A stretch of 61,926 nt of DNA, the filler included, from Choristocarpus tenellus KU-1152 (lineage: Eukaryota; Protista; Phaeophyceae): the NCBI GenBank assembly GCA_964200185.2. It is 8 parts of 8 records of this genome, joined end to end, with 100 filler letters (N's around TTAATTAATTAA, not from the genome) between each part and the next. Parts side by side here need not be neighbours in the genome. Positions count along the whole stretch, not along the records: positions 45,435 to 54,422 come from CAXNAD020004117.1; positions 54,523 to 57,891 come from CAXNAD020020489.1; positions 57,992 to 61,926 come from CAXNAD020017058.1; 5 more parts are not named here. The stretch is one strand, 5' to 3'. The position numbers and the translations under genes were made by a program. Shown piece by piece: positions 48,901 through 61,926 of the stretch (within the stretch, counting starts at the first letter, position 1; the number at the start of each line of letters is the position of its first letter). A model generated the notes under the pieces. The model ran no database searches, was not told where the DNA came from, and was given only the letters and a program-made list of their open reading frames with translations.

Positions 48901-51845
48901 CTCTATATTGGTATTGTACACGTTTGCACCAACAACCTTTCTATAAAACTTCAAAAATGTCGGAGATAAACCATCTCAAACAGTGTTAAGAACTGGTTCT
49001 TGGTGTATGCCTCATGAAACCTGAAGAGGCACCAACCACGGAACTCCAGGTCGAGGTGCCTTAGTAAAATAGTGTCAATAAATAGTGTGTCTATGAGCAC
49101 ACATTGGTTCAAGTTTTACCTGAACCCCTGGCATGTCACCTTACTGCTTGTGAGCATTCACGCCTTTCCATATATTGCTCAGTTCCCATAAAATGGTCAG
49201 GGTCGTTTCGGTGTAGTGCCCATTGCCAAGCAAACACTTGGGACCATTTGCTCCGGAACATCAGATGTTCAGCAAATGCTGGAGTCAATTTGGACTGTAG
49301 TGTTTGTTCTCCGTGCAATAGTAGGTGCTATCTACTCTGTGATATTTGTCACCTGGGCGATGCTTCATCGTCTGTGGTTCTATAAAAAATTGGAGAGTTT
49401 TTTGGGGGGGTTTTGGGGGGGTTTTGTCCAATGTGAGAAATTGTTGTTGAAGGGCAAAGGGTTTGAACCAATTCAGACTAGCACTGGTAATACTTCAAAG
49501 CATTTGATGTATTTCATTGGCTGGATGGCCTGACCAGTGTATGGCGACGGAGAACACTATTTGTGGTATGATGAGATGAGATCATACCGATGATGGTGCA
49601 ATGCATACCATTATGCTGTTGCATTCGAAGAAGAAAAAATGATGTTACAGTTGCAATCAGCAAAATTGGCCAATATGCTTGCACAACACCAATGAATCTG
49701 CCCTGTTTCAAATTCTGCCCTGCACTTGGCCATGTTATATGTGCATAAGCAACAACATGTATTGATACTAGATAGTACATGGTATGTATGTGTGTTAATG
49801 CTTATTTTGCATGATCGATTCAGCTGTGACGTTGAGGTGATTTCAAAACCTGGTTTGCTTGTTTTTCCTAGACCTTAGGTCCGCCTCTTTGAAACACGCA
49901 GGTACTTCACTTCATGAAGTGGCAATTGTTGTTGACTTTGCAGGCTCCTGTGATAGGCAAGGTGGTACCACTATCATGGCGTGATGGCAAGTTATCATTG
50001 GAAAGTGTAAATGACTTTACGGTGTGTGATGATCAGTTATGATTTGTGCGTCTCCGCTACTGCTACTGCTGCTGCTGCTGTAGCTTTTAGTTGCCTCTTA
50101 CTACACCCCTCACCAATACCCTTACCTTTGAAGAGCCAAATTATCAAGAAAGGTTTGGTAATGACGAAGCGTTTGTCGTTGCATATGATATCCGAGATGG
50201 GTCGGTTCTGATCCCCCTCTTGTTCTACCTGAGGCACAGGTGGTGTTGTAGCGTAAAGAAGCATTGTACGCCGAAGTATGCTATGCATCTTTCTCGTCCC
50301 CTGTTCTCCTCCTGGCCCGTGTTACACACACCCTTTTAATCGATTTTTTTTTAATGAACAACCCTCTGCCCTGACCTTCCCCCATTTTCTCACTCCTTGC
50401 TTGATTCAAAACGGTGTGCCCGTTCTGAAAGGTGATGCTGGAGCGCCACAAGGGCTACGGAGTGCTTCCAAAGTACAATGGCCCACTTCACGCCCTCAGG
50501 TTTGGTACACAAGTTGACTTACTCCAGAGCACACGACGTTAGTGTTTATAAAAATAATTTTCACCTTTTTGTTTATTGTTTGTTCCGTGTACGATAGAAA
50601 CAATCACAGGAGTAACTGCTTTTTCTCGGCCGCTGCCAAAGTCCCTCCTCTTCCTACGTGCGTTTAGGATCACGGGATTGGGCATATTATTGACGATGCT
50701 TTGTGCACATCTATACCGCCGCTGTGTGCACCCAAGCAGTATGTGTGTTGGGACGATTTGTTCCTAGTGAGAGTGAATCAGTGCCTCTCCTGTGTCAAAA
50801 TGTGCAGTGTAGCGTTTGAGAAGTGAAGGCGGTCTTGATGACATTTTTTGTTGTCATTATTTTGGGGGAGTTCATTATTGCCGGGATATATGCTTGCCCC
50901 AGGATGTTTGAGTGAAAATGTGGGGGGGTCAGGTAGGTCTGTTTTGTGGGTGCTGTAGTGAGCGATGCCTGGTAAGAGGGGGGTAAAGTTGAGTCTTGAG
51001 GAGCCCTATTGCTGTTTTGTGGTACATGTATTTTGAGGATAGTGGAGGGAGTTTTGGGGGGTAACAGGATGTTCATGGCTAGTCTTCTCTTCTACAGCCA
51101 CATGCTCCAAAGTAGGTTAGCTGCACTTCAGTTATGAGTATGGTGCATACTACGCAGGATTAAGAATGAACTTTAGAAAGTCCAAGGTCAAGATTGACCC
51201 CCCTCTCAGATGGTTTCGTGGGGACACTGGAGGTTACAGGATGGACGCACCCTCTTGTCTTGAACATAGTAGGTAATTCAGGCTGTTTGATTGGTCTACA
51301 GTACGGTACATTATTTTTTTGTGGAATATCTGAGTGAAAGTATCTTAGAGGGTAGGAGTTCTGCCCTGTTTATCCATTTGAGGCTTGGCTTCCCATGGGT
51401 TTTTCTATGATATTTTCCTACTCCAAAATGTTTAGGAGTAGGTAAAATGTGTATGTTATGAAAAGGTGTGTCCGGGACAAGGATAATGACACTTTCTAAC
51501 GAGCACGATAGACAAAATTACATCAAAATCGCAACATTGGATTTTGGCCCCCAAATGGATGGGGCCCTACCCTCTAAGATACTTTGGCTATACTCTCCAA
51601 CAAGTCCCCTTTATCTGATGTAAATATATATATATATATATATATTTTGTTGAACTTTGATCAATTATATGTGCCTTTGCCTATACCACTGTCACTACTG
51701 CTGTTCCAGAACCATTTTTGTCAAGGAAGGTGTGGGTGCTCTCTTTCGAGGTAGTGTTCCTGCACTTCTGAAGTCTGGCCTGTCCACTTCCATCACGTTT
51801 GCAGCATTTGAGTGGATAAAGTGGACCCTGGAACCATGCCAATAG
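45943..51845 (+). CDS. TPC1: Mitochondrial thiamine pyrophosphate carrier (SLC25A19/TPC1-like)
   Basis: Exons 45943(or 45964)-46024, 46306-46351, 46784-46879, 47078-47357, 47825-48049, 48145-48252, 50432-50499 and 51710-51845. Three carrier signatures (PFDVAKIR, PLDITRTA, PLDTVKKR) plus WRGNTPAMFLWVTYTGVQF typical of TPP carriers. The 48050-48144 junction is uncertain. Confidence 0.88.
51332..51590 (-). mobile_element. MITE family A copy in the last intron of the carrier gene
   Basis: GAGTGAAAGTATCTTAGAGGGTA ... TACCCTCTAAGATACTTTGGCT. Confidence 0.9.
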
Positions 51846-53619
51846 AGCCCTGCCCCCCCATCTTGCATTTAGTCTCCAGTATTGTACCTCTACTCCAACA
51901 GATCCCAACGTTCTGGTGTAGGGGTGAGAGTGACTGGGTGATGGGTATTTAGGGGTGTGCACTCTCAGGTCGTTAATTTATGCCTCATTTTGTTCTGTTG
52001 ACGGTGCTGTTGACAGTTCCCCCCTCCTCTGTTGGAGGTGAGGATTGCACTTTTTGGTTGACCTCTGTGAGATTACTCACCACAGTATTTTATGCAATCT
52101 GTTATTTAAGACTTGGATGTCTCGGGTTTTCTCACACCAACACAGTGGTAATCCCTCCCCCACGTGGACTTGGAGCTGATGCTGTTGTCTGAATAGGTGT
52201 GGGTTGTGCTTTGTAGATGTGGATCCTGTCACCTATCACAATCTAACATTGTGGAGGGGGTGAGGGCAGTGATACAACCCGAACCTGCAAGCATTGAACC
52301 CGACTTGTGGAGAACAAGGCACATTAGAATGTAGTCATGTATTTTATAGCTGTATGGAATTGACCTGGTTGGAGGTATCTCATGACTGTTGAGGGACAGA
52401 AAGTAACGACCCGCTCTCACTGCTGGGTACTTAGGATATTGTCAACCTGTGGCAGACAAAGACCTCTTCACAGGAGGTTTGAGCAGGATTCTGCAACGTG
52501 GGGATCCTGTGTTTGTAAGGTGTCCAGACTTTGGGGGGGGGGTTGAAGGTCAATGTGTTGGACTAGGGATGATTATAGTGTACAAAAATAGAGAGATGTG
52601 ACGATTTTTTGGGGTCTCACTTCTCATAACATATCATATCCTCGGTCTTTCTTGCCCTGGAGAGCATCTGCAATATGTTGCAGCGGGCATGTAGTGACAT
52701 GTCCTCAGCCTGTTGTGATGAGTTGGTAGAAATCAATTAGAATTGTTCCTAATTTCGATATTTTTATTACCTGTTTTTTGTTCTTTTTGTAATATGGCAT
52801 GACAGAGGACCATGTACATGTTTATTTTCCACTGCTTACTGTCTTCTTGATGATACTGTGCATTACTTTTCAATCTTGTGAAGGATGCTCACAATCAGTT
52901 GTCTTGATGGGATAACTATTTTTGGTGCTGCCTCTTGAGATGAACAATAGACTAAGAATCCTGTTTCTGCGTATACAGCTCTAGGCAGTCTATAATCCCC
53001 TGTTGCAGGTGCCCATGTTTCCCTTCACTTGAATTCTACTTCAAAGTATGCATATATAACACTATTTAGGAGTATTCTAGCTTATGCACACGTATGAAGC
53101 GACACGATAATGCACCAATGATTTGAAACTGCTGTGGTCTCAGTCGATTCAATCAAGAATCGTGTGAAGGAATCATTTCAATTGCTTCCCACTCGATGTG
53201 CAGTACGTTTCAGGTTAAACGCGAGTAGCTCTCTTTCTTGGGTGATAAATGGATCGCAGTGGTGACTAACTGTAATGTGTGCATGTGTTGTTCCAGCTGG
53301 TGATATACTCTCCTTGTGAAAAGAGGTGAAAGTTGGTCATAGACGTTGATTGGCAAGCTCCACTCCTATCAATGGTGGGTGCTGGCGCCCATGCTCTTTC
53401 CAACATTTACCTCCCTCGGACCCCGACAGTGTCTGTCCGCATTTGGCTGCGAGCTCCAAAGTTTTCAAGGAAGGTTGCATGTATATTGAGGTTGGTGACG
53501 AACCAGACTCTTAGCTCAGATCAAGGAAAAACCCAGCACAAAGCATTGTTACTACCCCTGCCTTGTCATGGATTAATGCTCTGGTTGAAAGAACCCCATG
53601 CCACCCCTGGTTTCTGTTC

Positions 53620-53779
53620 TTAGTGTCCCACAAGGTTTGGTGTAATGGGAGGGAGCTTGTCTAGATGGAGCGCCTTCACCCTTGCTCGGAAATTGTTTGC
53701 TTGGTGTATTTTCTCATGGGCCTTCTCCTTTTCCACCAGACTCACAAACAAGTGGATGAAGTCCATACCGTTGATGTAC
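53620..53779 (-). CDS. Terminal exon of a putative EF-hand protein, convergent with the carrier gene
   Basis: Acceptor CTTCCAG, then (x)YINGMDFIHLFVSLVEKEKAHEKIHQANNFRARVKALHLDKLPPITPNLVGH*. YINGMDF fits the second half of an EF-hand loop. Confidence 0.55.
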
Positions 53780-56016
53780 CTGGAAGTTGAAGAGTAAGCA
53801 TGGTGGGATACAAATTGATAACAACACCAACATCAAGACCTATGCTCCAGGAGTGGGAGTGGTGAGAAAGGAATGACTGTGAATGTGTCTCTCTTTCTCC
53901 TGTCTGTATCCTTTCCCTGTTCGTTTTAGAGGTACACTATATGATGGGTGGGGGCATGTATGTTCTTATGTCTGAGCGTGTGATAGGCATGTTGTGATGT
54001 GTGTGTAGTTTTGGAGGGTTTTGGAAAGGCGCTGTGTGGATAAGTGTGAGAATAATAATATTCTACCAAGTTGTAGTATCAAGCAGTAGTGAAGGAATGG
54101 AGACTATCACCATAATGGTTGTTTGATAGGCCTGTCTCCTGAAGCTTCAGGAATGGTGGTGTGATGTTAGCAGGTTCTAGTCAGCTGTACCATTAGAGCT
54201 CTATTCATTGGACCGTTAAATTATTTATTTGGATTGTTCTGACTTCCAGTATAATCTGAAGGGTGCTGGGTATATCATCAGTGAGTGGTGTGTGGTGGGG
54301 AAAGATTGACCTACAGGCTCTGGAACGAGAATTCGCCTTGACAGTCAACTCAATGACTGTGATTGGTTGAAAACACGTACCTTTTTTTTTTCCTGGAAAA
54401 TCTGTCTATGGTGCTAATTCTGNNNNNNNNNNNNNNNNNNNNNNNNNNNNNNNNNNNNNNNNNNNNTTAATTAATTAANNNNNNNNNNNNNNNNNNNNNN
54501 NNNNNNNNNNNNNNNNNNNNNNCATAACAGCCCCACTACAACAAGACACAGTTTAACCCCCTCCCCCCCCCTCCATTTCATAAACGGCGATAACATTATT
54601 GGTGATCCTTCAGTGTTCAACAGATTTCTTGTTTCCTATGTGTCACCTCAGATCGTGTTGTAAGTACATACATGCATATAGGATTTGGTGGCATACGGGT
54701 GTAGTAGATCGATTATAGTGAGGAAACATTGTGGTTGTTTTTGCGCGGTGAGTCGAAGTTGTTTTTGTGACGTTATATTGACCCAGTTAACAGCGAGTAT
54801 ATGCGTTGCTGTGGGATCTGTGCGTTAGTTCGGTCTCGAATGTGTCAAGACGGAATTCTAAAGAAGTAAACATAGAAAGCACCACGGACAAGGGACCTGG
54901 TAGAGAGCATTTAAAGAAATTATGTTGCGGGGAAATCACCACCTCAACTTTGCGTAATATGAATACTGTTCAAGACAAATACGATGTTTGACTACAGGTA
55001 TGAGGAAAGAGGGAATTGGGGTGTGTCTGACAGTAGCTGCAAAATCCACTGCTTCGCTTCCAGCAATACGTAAAATTAATATCGTAGACCCCACCCTTTA
55101 CCACGTACGACAAACCATTTTCTCTCGTTCGTGGTAGTAGTGGTGGTTCTAGTCTCTTGTATATCTAACCGCCTCTTCAATCCAAATTTTACCTTAGAGA
55201 GGCCATTCCTCTGTAAGGAATATATATCGAAGTTGTACCTATCTCTTCACAAACGTTACATGCAAACAAAACAACATTTGACTTGGTTGATGACATCAGC
55301 ATCATCAAATTGTGTCGGACTTACAAGGCCCACTCACTCTCTTCCCGTGGTTCTTCTGGGAGTTCTGTTGTCTTTGATGTTCTTTAACGTAACTACCCTT
55401 CCTTGTCGTTTCTCTCCTTCTCACATCTCTTGTGGACTTCCTCCTCTCCCTTCAGTCTGAATTCTCGTATCTGTCTCTCAATTTTCACCTCTTCAACATA
55501 GGTCATATAGTAAGATGTAGATAGGTAGGTGGTGTGGGTTCTTAATTTCTCAAGTAACAAATTAGGGGGTGAGGGAGATTGAAGTTGAAGGGTAAGAATA
55601 TACTACAGTACTTACTATTAGTAGAATCATTGCGTTGTTTCGGTTCAAATTCCAATGGTTTGAATTCTACATTTAATATATCGCACTTGAATTTGATAAT
55701 TTACGTAGTAACTATTAAAATTTGTGGGTAGTGATAGTATTACAGTTGAATAAAGTAGAAAGACTAAACCTGCAGTGTCACACACTTAATTACTACATTT
55801 TCAAACGATAGGTTGTTGGGTTTCTCAGTGCGATAAATGTTTATGTGGTCGAATAAAATGTTGAAATTTTTGTTTTGTGTAGTGTTGTAAAACTCATAAC
55901 TCAACTTTGTTCTAGAGTTCAACCTCTCAACAAAGCAGAGGATTAGTACTGTGGCATCTCCGTCAAACCGGAAATCATTGTCTCCCTATACGTTCTTGTC
56001 TCCCTATAAACTCCAC

Positions 56017-57299
56017 ATGCGAGTTGCCTTCAACCTTTATTCACGCCTCGTGGTTGCTGGTGAGAACTATTGGTGTTTGGAGCGCTGAACACATTATGGT
56101 TGTCTCAGGTCAATTCAATAAATATCTCTATCAGTCTTCGCCCTTCAAAGATTTCCTTTGTGAACCTTACTCTCCATTAAAGTCAACAACCCCCAGAACC
56201 TGCTTATTGGGTTGTGCTACTTGATGTTCGCGTTCCTGCTGCTATTTCGTACAAGTCACCACAGTGCCTCACAACAAGTAGACTAACAAGATCTGACGTT
56301 GATCCTATCTTGGATTGCCCCTCTTATACTCGCTTCACGAACCCAGCATGCTCCGGCATATGCATCATTGCAAGTGAAAATATTGGCCAATGTGCGACTT
56401 CGGAGGCCTCACTACCAATAGTGGAGAATGCAGTGCCATTTGCCGTGGACAGTACCCAAAATGTTTCTTATTCTGTTGAGGGTAAAGCAGGGGACCAGGA
56501 CGGGATGTCAAAGGGGACGAGAAAGGTCGTGATAGTGTCAGAGGGGAGATCAGGTTCGACATTCCTCGGAGACATCTTGCACAGCGTACCTGGGGTGAGT
56601 GCCGTTCTGGTAGAATTGTTTGGCATCTCTCCTATCCCGTCCACAACTTCGGGCTCGTGAATGATGTAGCTGGTTCGCGATATCTATACCCCCCCCTCTA
56701 AGGACTGACACTAGCGAATATTCTAACCTGTTTCCTCTTTAACAGGCAGGTAGTTTTATAGTATCTCGGATTGATCCTCATCCCACCCACTGCGGGGTAC
56801 CCTCACAGGATGAATACGAACGTTACATTCAATCCGCTTCCTTCTTTATTTTCCCAAATCCACTAATCTACGTTCCATGACCAGGTCCTCTTCCTATTGC
56901 TGTCGCCAGAGCTCCAACCCACCCATTCCCTTGTGTATGCAATTCTATTCCCACGAACTCAGTTCGTGTTTCCAACACCCTAATCCACAAACTCCATCGT
57001 TTGAAGCAAATTCTGCGTCGAATGCCCCTCTTTTTCCACTTTCCCGTCCATATACAACGCAGGACTTCAGGAACTGGAAAAACCTTTTTAGTCCAGTGCC
57101 CTTGTATGCACTTGTCCTATCCCCTTTTGAACATACAGATGTACCACTAACCATGGCCTTAATCCTGACCCTATCTTCAATATACAACACTCCATGTCAG
57201 ACGTTCTACCTCTATGAGCCTTGCCGCAGGTTTGAGGGCAACCACACCTACGAGGGCTCCATCCGTAGGTCAATCAACGATGAGGACTGCAGTGGACAG
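56017..57299 (+). CDS. Carbohydrate sulfotransferase-like protein, 5' part
   Basis: KVVIVSEGRSGSTFLGDILHSVPG (5'-PAPS-binding motif; exon ends 56594) splices to TFYLYEPCR (57201-57299), as in CHST/Gal-GlcNAc-6-O-sulfotransferases. Candidate first exon 56017-56059 joined to 56197; the N-terminus is uncertain. Confidence 0.78.
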
Positions 57300-57780
57300 G
57301 TATGAAGGTACAGGTTGTTTGATGGAGCAGTGGTTGTTCCTTGATCCGATTGGAGGTACAGGTACCATTAATACTACAAACCAGAGTACTTAGAAATTTG
57401 AAAAAAGAGTACAAGTGGTCCTTGTGAGTGATTGATTGTGAATATTTTGGGTTTGGTGGGTCAGCTTTCCCCGCCCGCAATCGTTTCCAAAGTTTAAGGG
57501 ATGTCTTCTCATGTTCTCGACTCTTGTACAGGTGAAGAAGAGACGCCTCTTGCTTTTGTCAGCCACCGTGATTTTGTGCTTTCCCTTTAACAGAGAGGTG
57601 GTCCATGTACTGTGGTGCAAAAAATATGCTACACACACATTTCCCCCCCCCCTTTCACGTCGGTTACCAGAAGATCGGTAAATTCAATGATTGTGTATGC
57701 GGAGAAAAAGGATCAGCAGGGTGATATGACAATGGTACGCAAGAGTAAATGACAGCCTAAGGTACACCTATGAACTTGAA

Positions 57781-57827
<47 letters not shown>

Positions 57828-57991
57828 CTCCTGGGGGGGGGGGGGGGGGGGGGGGGGGGTTGTTTGTGTTTTTTGTTTTTTTTTTGTTTTTNNNNNNNNN
57901 NNNNNNNNNNNNNNNNNNNNNNNNNNNNNNNNNNNTTAATTAATTAANNNNNNNNNNNNNNNNNNNNNNNNNNNNNNNNNNNNNNNNNNNN

Positions 57992-59777
57992 GGTTGGAAG
58001 GGATAAGGATGCGCCAGGAGGGGTGTTCCGCCTGGCTCCTCAGCAGATACCCAATGCAGCAGATGCCCCCAATGACTTCCCTGTAGCCATGCAGGTATGT
58101 GTGTATGTATGTATGTAGGTATTTAGGTATGTAGGTATGTAGGTATGCATGTATGTATGTATATATGTATGTATTGTAGGTAGGTAGGTATGTAGGTATG
58201 TATGTATGTATGTATGTATGCCTGTGTTGCACCTTGTGTCCAGAAATTTCTAAAAGTGTTGAGGGTCAATATGTTGAGGCCTTTCACCACGAATCAGTCC
58301 TTCATGTCAGAGAGTCCCTCTCCTCTAGGTGCCCTTTTGTTACTTTTGTTACTTTTGAAGTATCCCGTTTGGTTTTCTTTGCTCCTCCCCTTTCCCCTGC
58401 CCCCGCCCCTGCCCCCCGGCCTCTTCTCCCACCGCCTTCCATCTGCCATTGTGCTCTTTGTTGTTGACGGGTGGTTTTTGTGTTTGGTTCCGTTTGTGGT
58501 GTTGATGATGTTGCTTCCTTGGACACAGGTTGGCCCCAAGCACGATATCATCTTCATGATCACCAAGATGGGCTACCTGTTTCTGTTTGACATCCACTCG
58601 GGGAAGGCTCTCTACAGGGCTAAGATCAGCGAGCAGACTGTCTTTGTCACTACCACGCAGGCACGCACCACACTAACCTTAACCCTAACCCTGAGCCTAT
58701 GATTGTTACTATTATTACTCATCACATTAGTCTGAAGGGATCCCAGACCTGTAGTTGAAAAGCCCCCGGTCAAAGATCAAGGGGAAGAAGATCTTTGTCA
58801 AAACCATGGGCTTAGACTCGTGTATACTCCAGAGCACATTTTTTTGTGCATGCCTAGACACCTGATCTTGACCCTAGCATCAATGTTTGCATATCGATAC
58901 AGTTTGGCTATCCGAAATCTTGAACCTAGGCTAGTTACAACCCTGCGATGGAAAAGGACCTGAATCGGAAGTTGGGGATACTCGAACTGTTCTAACTTGT
59001 TGCCAGTGTTTGTAGAAATGATGTTTCATTCAGTATCTCACACAGCCCCCCTTTCTGGTCACACCCCATTTCCAGAAGAGACTTTGGTTGTCGAGCTACT
59101 TGACTTCTTGTGAGCTCTATTTGTTGGGGAATTATAGTTTCTGGAGATAATTTAGTATTTTTAGTACATAGCGTGTAGTACATAGTATATATAGTAGAAT
59201 GAAATGTTATTTGATGGATCAGTATTTGACTGCTGCTTGCCTTTGCACTTTAAAAATGCAGGACCTGACAGGTGGGATCATTGGCATCACAGCCCGAACA
59301 GGGTCGGTGCTCCAGATCTCTGTCAACGAGGCCACCCTTGTTCCGTATGTGGTCAACACCCTCAGAGACACACAACTTGCCTTGCAGCTTTCGGGGAGGC
59401 TGGGTCTTCCCGGGGCAGAGGACCTCTTCACATCCGAGTTCAACCGATTGCTTGGGATGAATGATGTTTCTGGGGCTGCCAGAATGGCTGGGGAGTCTCC
59501 CAATGGTAGGCTGCTGTGATGATCTGAGATGGTTGGTATGGGGGGCGGGGTATTGTACTGAAGTTTGAATTGACATCGTAGATGGGAATGGTGTGGTGAA
59601 CTAGGTAGTGTGAAAGACACCGGTGACAGTGTAGAGTATCTGAATGTACCCTGCCGTTGGTACATATTAGTGCATTGATACGATAGTGTACCTTAAAATG
59701 GCAACTGATTTGTCTGAAATCTGGTCAGCCAGAACCTCTTGTCTGTGTTGATCAGATATTGCAGCTGTTTGGCTATA

Positions 59778-59810
<33 letters not shown>

Positions 59811-60244
59811 TGCAATTTGACGGGGATGAAGTCTCTGCTGGGAGGGCCTTGAATTCATTGAGAGGCTTAGACTTTTCTCAACACCCAACCCTCAACTGCT
59901 CTCCTAATGTGCAGAATAGTTTTGTTTTTATGAAACCCCCTCTCCCTCAACTGCATCTGCTGTTGTTCCCCCTCTTGGTTGGTGTGATGCCAGGCCTGTT
60001 AAGAACAGCAGCGACAATTCAGCGCTTCCAGCAAATACCTGCTACAGCAGGACAACCTCCACCGGTGTTCCAGTATTTTTCGGTGCTGCTTGAGAAGGGA
60101 AAGCTCAATGCAATGGAGAGTATTGAGCTGGCAAGGCCGGTGCTGACGCAGGGTCGCACTGATATGCTTGAGAAGTGGCTGACTGAGGTGGGTTGGAGTT
60201 GTCGGTTGATTGGTTATGTTGTTGGCTACAGAGTTGGTCGTAGC

Positions 60245-60281
<37 letters not shown>

Positions 60282-61693
60282 ATACATGTCCATCTGTAGT
60301 ACTAGGTCTGTTGTATTGGTAGGGCACGTCAGGGAAGGCAAAGGGTTAGTGAAGAGCTGGAAGGCTTTGCAAGAAGGCAAATTGATGAGGTTGGTTGGAA
60401 GTTGATGTTAACGGTTCACAGGTGGTCTTCATTGTGGACGCGGACACAAACGTTTAGGTTGGAACCCAACCCTGTTTCGACGGTTTGCATGGTTTTGGTT
60501 TTACTTGGCAGGTGTTTTTCCTGATGTGGTTCCATTTTTTATTCTGGAAGGGATTGTGCCCTTCTCCACTCTGAAATTTGCGTTGCTCAGAGAGGAATCT
60601 TGAGGTCATGTTTTTCAACTAGAGTATGAGCACTGTTATGTATGTATGTATATATATGTTGTATTTGATGTATTCAATGCATTGAATGCGTGTTTTCTAA
60701 TCGTGTCTTGAGTATTTATTTTACCCATATTATTGCACCTGCATTACAATTGTTAGCATCTATGTGCAATGCTGTATGGAGTTTCACCACCACGTTGTGG
60801 CGTTTCTTTGGTTTGAATATCTGTTGCTCTAGTACTGTTAAACATACGACAACATAGTGAACTTGTTGGAAGTAGGGCTACTCCTCATGATTACACTAAC
60901 TTACCAAGGTTTTCTTGTGTGGGTTTTCAGGACAAACTGGCGTGTTCGGAGGAGTTGGGTGACATTGTAGCCCAGGTGGATGCGAACATGGCTCTGTCCG
61001 TGTACCTGAATGCCAATGCCTCGGAAAAGGTGGTGCATGCCTTTTCTCAGAGGGGGGAGTTTGACAAGATGGTGGCGTATGCGTCCAAGGTAGGATACAT
61101 CTTTTTTTTGTTGATTAATGAGAGGTTGAAAGTGAGTTTTTGTTATGATGTGATGTTGAATTGAGTGAGAGAGGGTTTGCACTGGATTAGTGGCGTGAAT
61201 CTGGTTGTTTTCTGTAGGTAGTGTGGTAAGCAGCCCCGTTTTTGTAATTTTTGTTGGAGAATGCTTTGAACTTAAAGGACTCCCCCTGAAGTCGGGTCAA
61301 TGTTTTAAATGTTTTTGTGCTCTTTGCCGGAGGGATTGTTTTTTGGGGGTTGGGGGGGGGGGGGGGGGGGGGGTTACCACCACTGGCTGGTTTTTTTTTT
61401 TTTTTTTTTTTTTTTTTGCCCCCCTTTTGCGNNNNNNNNNNTGTTGTGGGTTGTTGGTTTTTTTTTTTTTTTGTTTTGTTGGGGGGGTTTTTTTTTTTTG
61501 GGGGTTGGGGGGGGGGGGGGGTGCTGTTACCAACTACTGCTGATTCTTATTTTTGTTTTTGTTTATTGATGCCACACTCTTGCAGGTGGGATATCGATGT
61601 GACTATACGGCAATGCTACAGAACATGGTGCGAACAAACCCTCAGGGTGCCCTGGCCTTTGCCAAGAAGGCAGCTATGGCTGATCCTCCACAG
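57992..61693 (+). CDS. CHC: Clathrin heavy chain, internal exons (propeller, linker, start of ankle)
   Basis: Exons 57992-58094, 58529-58660, 59262-59505, 59994-60187, 60931-61089 and 61586-61693 (last end uncertain, 61669 is an alternative). Peptides NDFPVAMQ, ITKMGYLFLFDI, LPGAEDLF, QYFSVLLEKGKLNAMESIELARPV and DKLACSEELGD. Confidence 0.97.
58095..58220. repeat. (TATG/TAGG)n tetranucleotide microsatellite directly after a clathrin donor site
   Basis: Direct reading. Confidence 0.85.
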
Positions 61694-61926
61694 GTGCAGT
61701 ATGGTGGTGGTGATGGATGTGATCCTTCATCAAGATGCAGTTGTGGGAGTGTTACATTTGCCGTGTGGATGGAAGGCTCTAGATCGATGATCGGTGGTGC
61801 TAGTCATGGTTTTGTAGAGGAAATGATAATGTTTTGTCTTCTTTTAGCTACTTGTTTGGGTACGGGTTTATTGGTTGGGTTGTTTAATCAATATTGAAGT
61901 CAAGTTTTCTGATAAGGGGAGGGGGG

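Noticed and set aside
23449-57991. Regularly recurring TTAATTAATTAA within N runs, and the apparent gene neighbourhood (MEMO1, U2, COX4-like, ATR, carrier, clathrin)
   Set aside because: Artificial six-frame-stop linker joining unrelated contigs; no synteny or gene cluster can be inferred across it.
59219-59665. Long antisense ORFs over clathrin and carrier exons (also 47859-48432 and 43340-43660)
   Set aside because: Shadow frames of real coding exons on the opposite strand.

Overview
Eukaryotic, intron-rich genomic DNA, most likely a stramenopile of brown-alga/ochrophyte type (inference from intron density, TTAGGG-type repeats and protein style). The window is not one locus. It is eight contigs joined by an artificial 100-bp linker (N44-TTAATTAATTAA-N44), so adjacency across linkers carries no meaning. 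The supplied ORF track is mostly noise because the real genes are split into short exons. Manual splicing recovers: MEMO1 (10 exons over 21 kb, minus strand), a C-terminal UBA-domain protein, a 68-aa COX4-like gene, the last exon of an LCL3/SNase-like nuclease, ATR FAT-domain exons, a complete mitochondrial thiamine-pyrophosphate carrier, the last exon of an EF-hand protein, a carbohydrate sulfotransferase and clathrin heavy chain exons. Non-coding content includes a divergent U2 snRNA, a tRNA-Gly-derived pseudogene, three related MITE families with GAG/GRC...CTC ends and 4-bp target-site duplications (Sola-like), and decayed RTE LINE, piggyBac and probable DIRS/Gypsy elements. Notable themes are GC-AG introns with an invariant exonic G at donor -1, CpG-rich gene 5' ends against CpG-depleted gene bodies and repeats, and a G-rich intron or frameshift inside the carrier gene. 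I found no convincing new multi-gene system.
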